Assembly: GCA_022447545.1 (NCBI GenBank)
Contig: JAKVBI010000022.1
Span: 30,903 to 94,902 of the forward strand
Length of the DNA: 64,000 bases
Direction of reading: 5' to 3'
Origin: Myxococcota bacterium
GTDB lineage: Bacteria; Myxococcota_A; UBA9160; SMWR01
Numbering within the stretch: the stretch's first letter is position 1; each line of letters begins with the position of its first letter. Positions 56,042 to 64,000 of the stretch are shown here, one piece after another. The position numbers and the translations under genes are program-made. The notes under the pieces were generated by a model. It saw only the letters and a list, made by a program, of their open reading frames with translations. It searched no databases and was not told the DNA's origin.

Positions 56042-56956
56042 TCAGGCGGGCGGCTGGCGCTTGGAGTCACGCCGCTGCGCTTTGAGGTGTTCCTGCACTG
56101 CCCGGAGCCCGAAGTCGGGATTGAGCAGGTGCGCCAACATGGAGAACGCACGTGAGAATTTCATGCAGGTCCGGTAGGCGCCCACGCGAACTCTGGCGGG
56201 GATTGAGGTGCGGGCATGAGTCCGCCAGTGGGTGCTGTGATCACCGGCGAAATCGGCTGTCGGAGCGCTGGTGTAGTAGTAGAGCGCGATGGATCGGCGC
56301 GGTGCATTGCCAACATTCGGGTTGACCCCGTGTACGGAATGATCGCTGGTGTTGAAGATCGCGCAGGTTCCCCATTCGGGCGTGACTTCGACGCTCGGAT
56401 GGGGATCGTCCTGGCGATGGAGGGTGAGTTGTCCCCCGGCTCCAGGGGTCCAGTCGGGGTTGAGGAAGACCAGTGCGTTGACTCGTCGGTACAGGCCCAG
56501 CGCCTCGTGAACGTGGAAGTCCGTGTGGGGTCTCAGGTGGCCGCCAGGACCGGTGACGTGAAGCCCGCCGCCCTCCAGGTGGGGATCCGGAAGCAATTTG
56601 GGGATGCCGGTGACTCGCTCGAGGAAGCGCAGAAACGGTGCGGCGCACAATTCCTCGATGAGTTCCCGCCAGGGGCTTGGGATGACGCGAAGGTCCCGGC
56701 AGGTGGCCTTGCCGGTCTGATAGCCGTCGGAGAAGCGCTGCCAGTGGGGCCAGGACGCGTCGGGGAACTCGCGTGCGCGGGTGGGGTCGAGGCGGATGGC
56801 GTCGCGGAGGACGAGGTGGGGAAACGGTTCGGCGGACTGGTAGCGCTCGGCGAGTGTCGGGACTTGGGACTCGAGGGCCTCGAGTGCCAGGAACTCCGGG
56901 CGTGCTGGGCTCCCGGGGGAAGGGGGCTCGGTTTCGTCTCCGCCGGCCATCGCCAC
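56042..56956 (-). CDS. 2OG-Fe(II) oxygenase (prolyl-hydroxylase-like), paralogue
   Basis: GGGLH, RPHTDF, HSVHGV and RRSIALYYY. Confidence 0.85.
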   Translation of the reverse strand: MAMAGGDETEPPSPGSPARPEFLALEALESQVPTLAERYQSAEPFPHLVLRDAIRLDPTRAREFPDASWPHWQRFSDGYQTGKATCRDLRVIPSPWRELIEELCAAPFLRFLERVTGIPKLLPDPHLEGGGLHVTGPGGHLRPHTDFHVHEALGLYRRVNALVFLNPDWTPGAGGQLTLHRQDDPHPSVEVTPEWGTCAIFNTSDHSVHGVNPNVGNAPRRSIALYYYTSAPTADFAGDHSTHWRTHARTSIPARVRVGAYRTCMKFSRAFSMLAHLLNPDFGLRAVQEHLKAQRRDSKRQPPA

Positions 56957-56962
56957 GGGAGG

Positions 56963-56968
56963 AGTCTA
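56963..56968 (-). promoter_or_regulatory. -10 element TAGACT, 6 nt before GTG 56956 (leaderless-type)
   Basis: Minus strand reads TAGACT-cctccc-GTG. Confidence 0.55.
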
Positions 56969-57040
56969 CCGAACGAGTCTCTGCGGCGCTGACGAGGGCG
57001 GGATGAGATTTCGCTTCCGGGCGGCGCGAATGGCCGGGCG

Positions 57041-57049
57041 TGATAGTCT
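57041..57049 (+). promoter_or_regulatory. Extended -10 TGA-TAGTCT, 6 nt before GTG 57056 (leaderless-type)
   Basis: TGA TAGTCT-caacgc-GTG; no SD. Confidence 0.55.
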
Positions 57050-57055
57050 CAACGC

Positions 57056-58834
57056 GTGTCGCGCGTACACGGAGGCGAGCCCCCCGCACTCCTGCGACCG
57101 GTCGTGTTCGGCCCGCTGTTGCTCCTGTCCGCCCTCGGGCTGAGTGCGTGGATGCACGACTATCGCCTGCCGGCCAGCGATGAAGGTGCGCTGCTGACCC
57201 AGGCGTCGAAGATCCTGCGCGGCGCCATCTACTACCGCGACCTTGACGCCTACCCGTTTCCAGGGGCCACCTACGCGCTGGCCGCGGCCATGCGTGTGTT
57301 CGGCCTCCATCTCGACGTGGCGCGTGGGCTGGCGTCGGGGGTGTTCTGCACGATCGTGCTGTCGGTCTACGCCATGGCTCTTCGTCTGGTCGGGCCCTCC
57401 CGGGCGGCGGTGATCGGCATCTTGCTGTTGTCGTTCAAGTTTCTCGCCTGGCCCTCGCTGACGGGTTTCTTCTACTGGGATTTTTCGTTCGGCTCCGCCT
57501 GCGTCGCCGTGGCGTTGTTGCTCCGTCAGCGCGAGGCTTCGCAGCCGTGGGGTCTGGTGGCCGCGGGGATGGCCTGCGGCGTGGCGTTCGCGTCGAAGCA
57601 GAGTCTCGGGATCTATCTGGCCGCTGCGGCCGTGGCGACACTCGCGTTTCCGAATTGGTTGCGTGGTGGACCGGTTCGTTCGGGGAGTGCAGGGCGGCGG
57701 GATGCGGCGCTGTTCTGTGGGGGGATGGCGCTGCTGCTGGTGCCCATGCTCGGCTACTTCGCATGGCACGGTGTGCTGTGGCAGATGCTCTACAGCGGAC
57801 TCGTGAGGCCCTTTGTCTCGTATCTGCCGACCAGTGGTCTGTCCTTTTCCACGATGCTGCGCTGGTGGGAGTTGGGTTCCTTCCAGGGGGTGCCGGGGTT
57901 GCCGTATCACATCGAACCCGTCTGGACTCTCCTGATGGACGAGCGTCTCCCGTCGCGGGGCTGGTACCCGGTCTACTGGTTTCTTTCCGAGGCCTTCAGT
58001 CGCGCCCTTTATTCGAGTGTCGTGATTGCCTTCGTGTGGGCCGGCATGCGCTGGTTTCGGGCGGTACGCGCGGGTCGTCTGGAGGAAGAGGGAGACCTGC
58101 CGACGTTTGCGCTGCTGAGCTTTGCGGTCTTTCTCTCGGCGCTGCCTCGGGCCGATTATCCCCACGTGATCAGCGTGTACCCACTGGTTTTGGTCTTGTT
58201 GTTCGCACTTTGGGGAGTGCGGTTTCGAGAGGGTCGCGGTGGGCGGGGGCGGACCTGGTGGCTGCGCCTGGAGGCGGGGTGCGCGGTGGCGCTGTTGGTT
58301 GCAAGCATCGGGCTTTCGGCTCGGCAGTTCTCCTTCATGACCCACACCCTCCACTTCGAGACGGCCGACATGCGAGTGGCTCCGCGCTACGCCTGGGTCG
58401 ATTCGGTGGTTCGCTACGTCGATGAAGTGGTTCCAGAAGACGGACGTCTGCTCGTATTCGGTCACGAGGCGTTCTACTACTTCTTGACTCAGCGCTTCTA
58501 CCCGTGGCCCTTTGCGCAGCTCTATCCCGGTCAGGCGGGGAGCGACAGTGGGGTGAGTTTGGGCAAATTGTTGGAGGAGGACCCTCCGAACCTCGTGCTT
58601 CGCGGCATGATTCGGTTCCCCGGAATGCCCTATCTGCCCGATTACGCCCCCGTCCTCTACAGCGTTCTGGAGGCGAATTACACACGGGACAAACGGGTCT
58701 TCGAGCGCTTTCCTCCCGAGTTCGGGCGACCCCCGCGGCAGAAGGCGTTGACGGTGCTCAAGCCGCGGCGCTTCCTGCAGGAAGCGTTGGATGCCCGGCA
58801 GCGGTCTGGCCCTGGGCAAAGCGGGGTACACTGA
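57056..58834 (+). CDS. ArnT/PMT-like GT-C glycosyltransferase
   Basis: ASDEG..YYRDL..YPFPG, FASKQSLG, PRADYPH and C-terminal periplasmic domain. Confidence 0.72.
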   Translation: MSRVHGGEPPALLRPVVFGPLLLLSALGLSAWMHDYRLPASDEGALLTQASKILRGAIYYRDLDAYPFPGATYALAAAMRVFGLHLDVARGLASGVFCTIVLSVYAMALRLVGPSRAAVIGILLLSFKFLAWPSLTGFFYWDFSFGSACVAVALLLRQREASQPWGLVAAGMACGVAFASKQSLGIYLAAAAVATLAFPNWLRGGPVRSGSAGRRDAALFCGGMALLLVPMLGYFAWHGVLWQMLYSGLVRPFVSYLPTSGLSFSTMLRWWELGSFQGVPGLPYHIEPVWTLLMDERLPSRGWYPVYWFLSEAFSRALYSSVVIAFVWAGMRWFRAVRAGRLEEEGDLPTFALLSFAVFLSALPRADYPHVISVYPLVLVLLFALWGVRFREGRGGRGRTWWLRLEAGCAVALLVASIGLSARQFSFMTHTLHFETADMRVAPRYAWVDSVVRYVDEVVPEDGRLLVFGHEAFYYFLTQRFYPWPFAQLYPGQAGSDSGVSLGKLLEEDPPNLVLRGMIRFPGMPYLPDYAPVLYSVLEANYTRDKRVFERFPPEFGRPPRQKALTVLKPRRFLQEALDARQRSGPGQSGVH

Positions 58835-59001
58835 TCGACGACTCGCGGCCGACGGGCTCACGGTCTGGCCGGCGATCGCCGAAGAGAGGGTTCGGGCCCA
58901 CAGCGTGGGAGAGAAATTGTGAGACGTACCACCCACCTCCTGTACCCGGATTCGAACTCCGATGGCCCGGGTCGATCTCTGCTTGGTTGGTCGGGGGCAG
59001 C

Positions 59002-59883
59002 GTGAGCGAGTCGGGACACCTTCTGCTGTCCATCGTGATTCCGGCCCACAACGAGGCGGAGAACCTGCCTCCCACCGTGGAGGCCCTGACCCGCACCCTG
59101 GGGGCGGAGTCGATCCCCTACGAGGTCATCCTCGTCAATGACAACAGCACCGATGAGACGGGTCGGGTGGCTGAAGGGCTCGCAGTTCGGGATCCCGCGG
59201 TCCGGGTGATCACGAGGACCAAGCTGGGGGGCTTCGGTCGAGCGGTCCGCAGTGGGCTCGAAGCCTTTCGCGGGGATGCCGTCGCCGTGGTGATGGCCGA
59301 TAGCTCGGACGACCCCAAGGATGTGGTCCGCTATTACCGCAAGATCGAAGAGGGCTACGACTGTGTGTTCGGCTCACGCTTTCGAGGTGAGAGCGAGGTG
59401 GTCAATTATCCGCGGGGTAAGTTGATCGTGAATCGCATCGTGAACCGGATGATCCAACTGTTGTTCTGGTGCCGGTTCAACGATCTGACCAATGCGTTCA
59501 AGATCTATCGGCGGGAGGTGGTGCTGCAATGCGGACCGTATTCGTCCAGCCACTTCAATCTCACCATCGAGATGTCCCTGTCGGCGCTGATCCGCCGCTA
59601 CCACATTGCTGAGATCCCCATTCGCTGGTACGGAAGGACCTGGGGGGCTTCGAACCTGAGTATTGTCGCCATGGGGCGACGCTATCTCAGTACTTTGTTG
59701 AAGGTGTTCTTCGAGCGAGTTCTGATTTCCGATGACATTCTCGAGGAGCGCCTGGCCGAACGTGCCCTCACGGCAGATCGTCTGGCTCAGTTTGAAACGC
59801 GTCTCACGTCCGTGGAGAGCGACCTGGTCGGTTTGCGCGAATCAGTTCCTCCGGGGGATCCCGAGTACGGGGACAGTCGGTGA
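59002..59883 (+). CDS. GT2 glycosyltransferase, DPM1/polyprenol-phosphate sugar synthase-like
   Basis: LSIVIPAHNE, VNDNSTD, MADSSDDP, FGSRF and NDLTNAFK; GTG 59002 is the inferred start. Confidence 0.9.
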   Translation: MSESGHLLLSIVIPAHNEAENLPPTVEALTRTLGAESIPYEVILVNDNSTDETGRVAEGLAVRDPAVRVITRTKLGGFGRAVRSGLEAFRGDAVAVVMADSSDDPKDVVRYYRKIEEGYDCVFGSRFRGESEVVNYPRGKLIVNRIVNRMIQLLFWCRFNDLTNAFKIYRREVVLQCGPYSSSHFNLTIEMSLSALIRRYHIAEIPIRWYGRTWGASNLSIVAMGRRYLSTLLKVFFERVLISDDILEERLAERALTADRLAQFETRLTSVESDLVGLRESVPPGDPEYGDSR

Positions 59884-60578
59884 GCGAACCGGTCGACGCG
59901 AGAGAGCGGGTCGATGCCATCTACGCGCAGCGCTTCCCGGACGAAGATCCTGGCCACGCCCGATGGCGTCGGGACCTCTGGAAGGTGCTGGTGGATGACT
60001 TCTTTTCGCATTGGATCCCCGCAGATGCTTGTGTGCTCGACTATGGGTGCGGGACGGGCGAATTCATTAATGCAGTGGAGGCCCGCCGACGCATCGGGGT
60101 GGATTTGCGCTCGGTGTCGCGTGGCGCACTGGACAAGGAGGTGGAGTTCTCAGAGTCCAGGGGGGTGTCGATGCCGGGGGTGGGAGATGGCGAGGCCGAT
60201 GTGGTCTTCTGTTCGAATCTGCTCGAACACCTTCCCGACCGGGAAACCGTGACGAGTCTGTTGCGGGAGTTCTTCCGGGTCTTGGGACCCGAGGGGCGGC
60301 TCCTGCTGTTGGGGCCGAATCTCCGCTATACGCGAGAGGCCTATTGGGATTTTTTTGATCACATCCTGCCGTTTACCCACCATACGGTGGCCGAGGCACT
60401 CGCGACCGCGGATCTCGAGGTCGAAGAATCGATCCCGCGCTTTCTGCCTTATACCACTGTCGGTGCGCGCCAGACCCCGCTTCCCCTGGTGCGCCTCTAT
60501 CTCAAACTGCCATTGGCGTGGAGGGTGATGGGGGCGCAGTTCTTCTTCGTGGCGCGGCGGGCTCCGGTCCGGGGTTGA
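59880..60578 (+). CDS. Class I SAM-dependent methyltransferase
   Basis: VLDYGCGTG, SNLLEHL and YWDFFDH; GTGA overlap with the GT2 stop. Confidence 0.88.
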   Translation: MSEPVDARERVDAIYAQRFPDEDPGHARWRRDLWKVLVDDFFSHWIPADACVLDYGCGTGEFINAVEARRRIGVDLRSVSRGALDKEVEFSESRGVSMPGVGDGEADVVFCSNLLEHLPDRETVTSLLREFFRVLGPEGRLLLLGPNLRYTREAYWDFFDHILPFTHHTVAEALATADLEVEESIPRFLPYTTVGARQTPLPLVRLYLKLPLAWRVMGAQFFFVARRAPVRG

Positions 60579-60585
60579 GGAAGGC

Positions 60586-61650
60586 TCAGGAATCCCGGGT
60601 CTGCAGTTCTTCGTAGATTTCTCGCAAGATGGCTTCGACGTCATACTCGTGCCGCCAGTCGGGAAAGTGTGCCTGGAACTTGCGCACGTCGCTGATCCAC
60701 CAGATGTGGTCGCCAGCGCGGTTCTGTTCTTCGTAGCTCCAGCGCATGGGACGCCCCGTGAGTTGTTCGGCCATGGTGATGGCTTCGCGCATGGAACAGT
60801 TCGAGTGGCGGGCGCCACCCATGTTGTAGACCTCGCCGGCGCGTGGAGATTGGAAGAAATGCCAGAAGGCTCGGACGAGGTCCCTGGAGTGGAGGTTGTC
60901 TCTCACCTGCTTGCCCCCGTATCCGATCACCGTGTAGGGGGTGTCGTCCACCGCACACTTGACCAAGTAGGCGAGAAATCCGTGAAGTTGGGCGCCGGAA
61001 TGGCCGGGACCCGTGAGGCAGCCGCCTCGGAAGGTCCCTGTGTGAAGGCCGAAGTAGCGGCCGTACTCCTGAACCATCAGATCCGAGGCGACCTTGGAGA
61101 CGCCGAACAGGCTGTGCATGCTGGAGTCGAGACTCATGGTCTCGTCGATTCCATGGGGGCCGTAGGGATGGCTGTCGGGTAGTTCCCAACGGGTCTCTTG
61201 TTCCACCAGCGGAAGTTGGTTGGGGGTGTCGCCGTAGACCTTGTTGGTACTCGTGAAGATGAAGACGGCATCTGGGGAGTAGTTCCGAGTCGCCTCGAGG
61301 AGGTTCAGGGTGCCGTTGGCGTTGACGGTGAAATCAGTCTTCGGTTCACGCGCTGCCCAGTCATGAGAGGGCTGGGCTGCGGTGTGGACGATCAGGGAGA
61401 TGTCACGGCCGTAGCGCGCGAACAGGGCGTCGATGCCGGATTCGTCGCGGATGTCGAGGGACTCGTGGCGGTAGCGGTGTAGGTTGCGCTCGAGTTGTTT
61501 GCGACTCCAGTCGGTACTCGCTTCGTCCCCGAAGAAGGTCCGACGCATGTCGTTGTCGACGCCCACGATCTCGAGGCCCTGCTCGTCGAGGTAGCGGCAG
61601 GATTCGGCTCCAATGAGGCCCGCGGAACCGGTGACGATGGCAAGACTCAC
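60586..61650 (-). CDS. rfbE: NAD-dependent epimerase/dehydratase, CDP-tyvelose/paratose 2-epimerase-like (catalytic Tyr replaced by Phe)
   Basis: [32 protein letters not shown] and GKQVRD; GTG 61650 overlaps the upstream stop. Confidence 0.82.
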   Translation of the reverse strand: MSLAIVTGSAGLIGAESCRYLDEQGLEIVGVDNDMRRTFFGDEASTDWSRKQLERNLHRYRHESLDIRDESGIDALFARYGRDISLIVHTAAQPSHDWAAREPKTDFTVNANGTLNLLEATRNYSPDAVFIFTSTNKVYGDTPNQLPLVEQETRWELPDSHPYGPHGIDETMSLDSSMHSLFGVSKVASDLMVQEYGRYFGLHTGTFRGGCLTGPGHSGAQLHGFLAYLVKCAVDDTPYTVIGYGGKQVRDNLHSRDLVRAFWHFFQSPRAGEVYNMGGARHSNCSMREAITMAEQLTGRPMRWSYEEQNRAGDHIWWISDVRKFQAHFPDWRHEYDVEAILREIYEELQTRDS

Positions 61651-62750
61651 GATCGACCTTCCGCGGCCGAGCCGATGGATTCGGGAGAGAGGAGTGGAGC
61701 CAGAGTGGACCGGTGTTGCCGAATCCAGGTCACGATGTCGTCGACTAGGGTGTCCAGGGATCGGCGGGGTGCCCAACCCGTACTCTCGGTTGCCTGGCGG
61801 TTGTCGGCGACGTAATAGGGGATGTCCGAGGGGTGGGTGTCGGGAACGGCTTCGATCTCGAGCTTTCGGTCCGTGGCCTTCTCGCAGAGGTCGGTCAGTT
61901 CTCGTAGGGACACACTGTTCTCTGGGCCACCGCCGATGGAATGGAGGCGACCGCGGTGGCTGTCGGGATCTCGCATCTGCAGGTCTACAAAATCGAAGAG
62001 GTCGTCCACGTGCAGCACATCGCGAACCTGATGCCCCTCTCCTCCGAAGCCCCGGTAGTTGAGGGGCCCGCCCAGGCAGTGACGTGCCGCCCAGAGAGTG
62101 AAGAATCCCTGGTCGACCTTGCCCATCTGCCAGGGGCCCGCGAGTACCCCGCAGCGGTCGATCATCGCCGTCAGTCCGTACATGTCGACGTATTCCTCCA
62201 CCAGATGCTCCGAGCATAGTTTTGTAGCGCCGTAGAGTGAGCGACTGCCGGCCATGGGGAACTCTGGTGAGATTCCGTGGCATGACCAGCCGGCTCCGCT
62301 GGCTTCCGCGGGCAGTTCGAAGCGCTGGTTTCGGGTTTCCAGGGGCAGGCTCCGCAGGGGGGCGATGGGGTAGACGCGACTCGTGGAGAGGAAGATCACT
62401 CCGGCGTCGAAGCGCCGCGCGGCGTCGAGGCAATGGATCGTGCCGAGCAAGTTGGTGTGAATCAGGTAGCGGTTATCCCCTTCGTAGCCCGCCTGGACCG
62501 ACGGCTCGGCCGAGCACTCGATGAGCCAATCGATGGGGCCGGCGGCTTCGATATCTCCGGGTTGCCGGATGTCACCGTGGCAGAAGAGGACGCCGCCGTC
62601 TCGCAGGCGCGGCAATGCGAGCTCGCTGCCGCGACGTTTGAGGTTGTCGAGGGCGATTACCTCGGAGTCTTCGCGTGTACGCTTGAGGGCCAGAGCCAGC
62701 GAAGAGCCCACGAAGCCCGCGCCCCCCGTCACCAGAATCCTTTCGCCCAT
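61647..62750 (-). CDS. NAD-dependent epimerase/dehydratase, RfbE-like paralogue
   Basis: GGAGFVG, CSAEPS, LSTSRVY, SLYGATK and GHQVRD; start 62750 (alternative 62843). Confidence 0.85.
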   Translation of the reverse strand: MGERILVTGGAGFVGSSLALALKRTREDSEVIALDNLKRRGSELALPRLRDGGVLFCHGDIRQPGDIEAAGPIDWLIECSAEPSVQAGYEGDNRYLIHTNLLGTIHCLDAARRFDAGVIFLSTSRVYPIAPLRSLPLETRNQRFELPAEASGAGWSCHGISPEFPMAGSRSLYGATKLCSEHLVEEYVDMYGLTAMIDRCGVLAGPWQMGKVDQGFFTLWAARHCLGGPLNYRGFGGEGHQVRDVLHVDDLFDFVDLQMRDPDSHRGRLHSIGGGPENSVSLRELTDLCEKATDRKLEIEAVPDTHPSDIPYYVADNRQATESTGWAPRRSLDTLVDDIVTWIRQHRSTLAPLLSPESIGSAAEGRS

Positions 62751-62910
62751 GCTTCGACTTCTCTTCGGGCTCTCGAGGCCCGTTCGGTGGATGATGTCGT
62801 GTTCTTCGCCTCTTCGGCGGACCGGGGCAGTGACCCGAGCCATCTTCCAACTCGCTTACTGAGCATAGCGGCCCGTGTCTCGATCATCCGGCGAGGAGGG
62901 TCAAATCGGG

Positions 62911-62982
62911 TGCTATCTTGCGCCTGTGGGAAAGGGTTACCCGGTTCTGCGAAACGCCTCCGTGCGGACCTGAGGCGTTCCC
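62911..62982 (+). promoter_or_regulatory. Extended -10, leaderless 15-codon uORF and SD-sequestering hairpin upstream of the MBOAT
   Basis: TGC-TATCTT (62911-62919), 6 nt, GTG 62926 to TGA 62973; stem AACGCCTC (62953-62960)/GAGGCGTT (62972-62979) contains the GAGG SD. Confidence 0.45.
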
Positions 62983-64000
62983 TTGGTCTTTAATTCGCTT
63001 TCGTTCGCTCTGTTCTTCGCCGTCGTTCTCGCCATCCATCACCTGCCGATCTCCTGGAGGCTCCGGAAGCTCAATCTTCTCGGGGCCAGTTATTTGTTCT
63101 ACATGGCGTGGAACCCGCCCTTCGTGCTTCTGCTCTGGATGTCCACCGCCGTGGACTGGCTGGCAGCCCGCAAGATTGCGAGCCATTCCCGCAAGAGTCG
63201 CCGGCGGCTGTGGTTGGGCGTGAGCCTGGCGGTGAACCTGGGCCTGCTGGCGGTCTTCAAGTACGGCGAGTTTCTGGTCTCGAATGTCGTGGCGCTCATG
63301 GGGGGGGTGGGGATCGATTATGCGCCCGCGGCGCCGGACATCATTCTCCCGCTGGGAATTTCCTTCTACACCTTTCAGACTCTGTCCTACAGCTTGGACG
63401 TCTATCGTGGGCAGGAGCGACCCGCCGGGTCGTTTCTCGACTACGCGCTCTACGTGACCTTCTTTCCGCAGCTGGTTGCGGGTCCCATCGTTCGTTCGGG
63501 CGTGTTTTTGCCCCAGGTTGAGAGCTCGCGCCGCGCCGATTCTCAACAATGGACCATCGGGTTGACTCTGTTGAGCCTTGGGCTTTTTCAGAAGATCGTG
63601 TTGGCCGACGATCTGCTGGCTCCCTCGGCCGAGGCACTCTTCGACGGGAGTGCGCCCCCGGACGTTTACTCGGCATGGGTGGGCACACTCGCTTTCTCGG
63701 GGCAGATCTTCTGCGACTTCGCGGGTTATTCTTCCTGTGCGCTTGGTGCTGCGAGTTGTCTGGGGTTTCGCATCCCCGTCAACTTTCGTTCTCCGTACGC
63801 GGCCGTGGGGTTTTCCGATTTCTGGCGCCGTTGGCATGTGTCACTTTCATCGTGGCTACGGGACTACCTGTACATTTCCATGGGTGGTAATCGCGCCGGG
63901 CTCGCGCGTACCTACATGAACCTGATGATGACCATGCTGGTCGGAGGCTTGTGGCACGGGGCTTCCTGGACCTTTGTGGCCTGGGGTGGACTGCACGGGT
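62983..64000 (+). CDS. MBOAT O-acyltransferase (AlgI/PatA-like), 3' truncated; absent from the ORF track
   Basis: My translation from TTG 62983 gives FNSLSF, LPLGISFYTFQ, FFPQLVAGPI, QIFCDFAGYS, FWRRWHVSLSSWLRDYLYI and GLWHGA, open to the window end. Confidence 0.93.
   Translation, partial: MVFNSLSFALFFAVVLAIHHLPISWRLRKLNLLGASYLFYMAWNPPFVLLLWMSTAVDWLAARKIASHSRKSRRRLWLGVSLAVNLGLLAVFKYGEFLVSNVVALMGGVGIDYAPAAPDIILPLGISFYTFQTLSYSLDVYRGQERPAGSFLDYALYVTFFPQLVAGPIVRSGVFLPQVESSRRADSQQWTIGLTLLSLGLFQKIVLADDLLAPSAEALFDGSAPPDVYSAWVGTLAFSGQIFCDFAGYSSCALGAASCLGFRIPVNFRSPYAAVGFSDFWRRWHVSLSSWLRDYLYISMGGNRAGLARTYMNLMMTMLVGGLWHGASWTFVAWGGLHG

Noticed and set aside
58945-58962. GTTCGAATCC on the minus strand, resembling a tRNA T-loop
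   Set aside because: The T-stem does not pair and no acceptor or anticodon arms can be formed.
62971-62973. In-frame TGA between the uORF and the MBOAT as selenocysteine or readthrough
   Set aside because: The MBOAT homology starts at 62983 with its own SD, and no SECIS-like hairpin is evident right after the TGA.
1-64000. Mobile elements, integrases, CRISPR arrays, rRNA/tRNA and defence systems
   Set aside because: No supporting ORF motifs or repeat arrays were seen.

Overview
GC-rich bacterial DNA, about 46 densely packed CDSs; taxon not determinable here (Myxococcota-like is a guess). I found no rRNA, tRNA, CRISPR array or mobile element. After a TRAP permease, a CoA-transferase and a lipid kinase, most of the window from 2.9 kb onward is a cell-surface glycosylation island of unusual make-up. 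It holds about 13 predicted GT-C-fold (lipid-linked-donor) membrane glycosyltransferases: three TMTC-like DD/TPR proteins, a TPR-less TMTC-like one, two AftB-like ones and several ArnT/PMT-like ones. It also has three GT2 enzymes each coupled or fused to a SAM methyltransferase, a flippase-like protein between two 2OG-Fe(II) oxygenases, a DegT+GMC pair, two RfbE-like epimerases (one lacks the catalytic Tyr), two MBOATs, an SGNH protein and an exosortase. Four 'sulfatase' lipoproteins carry Thr instead of the Cys/Ser-x-P-x-R motif, and there is one LtaS-like enzyme. No GT4, Wzx/Wzz/Wza/Wzc or ABC exporter was recognised. Non-coding highlights: a 404-bp, 97%-identical inverted repeat inside two divergent TMTC paralogues, repeated leaderless promoters, and a uORF/hairpin over the RBS of the last MBOAT. 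All family calls come from motif recognition by eye, not database searches. Many ORF-track starts were trimmed to more plausible codons.
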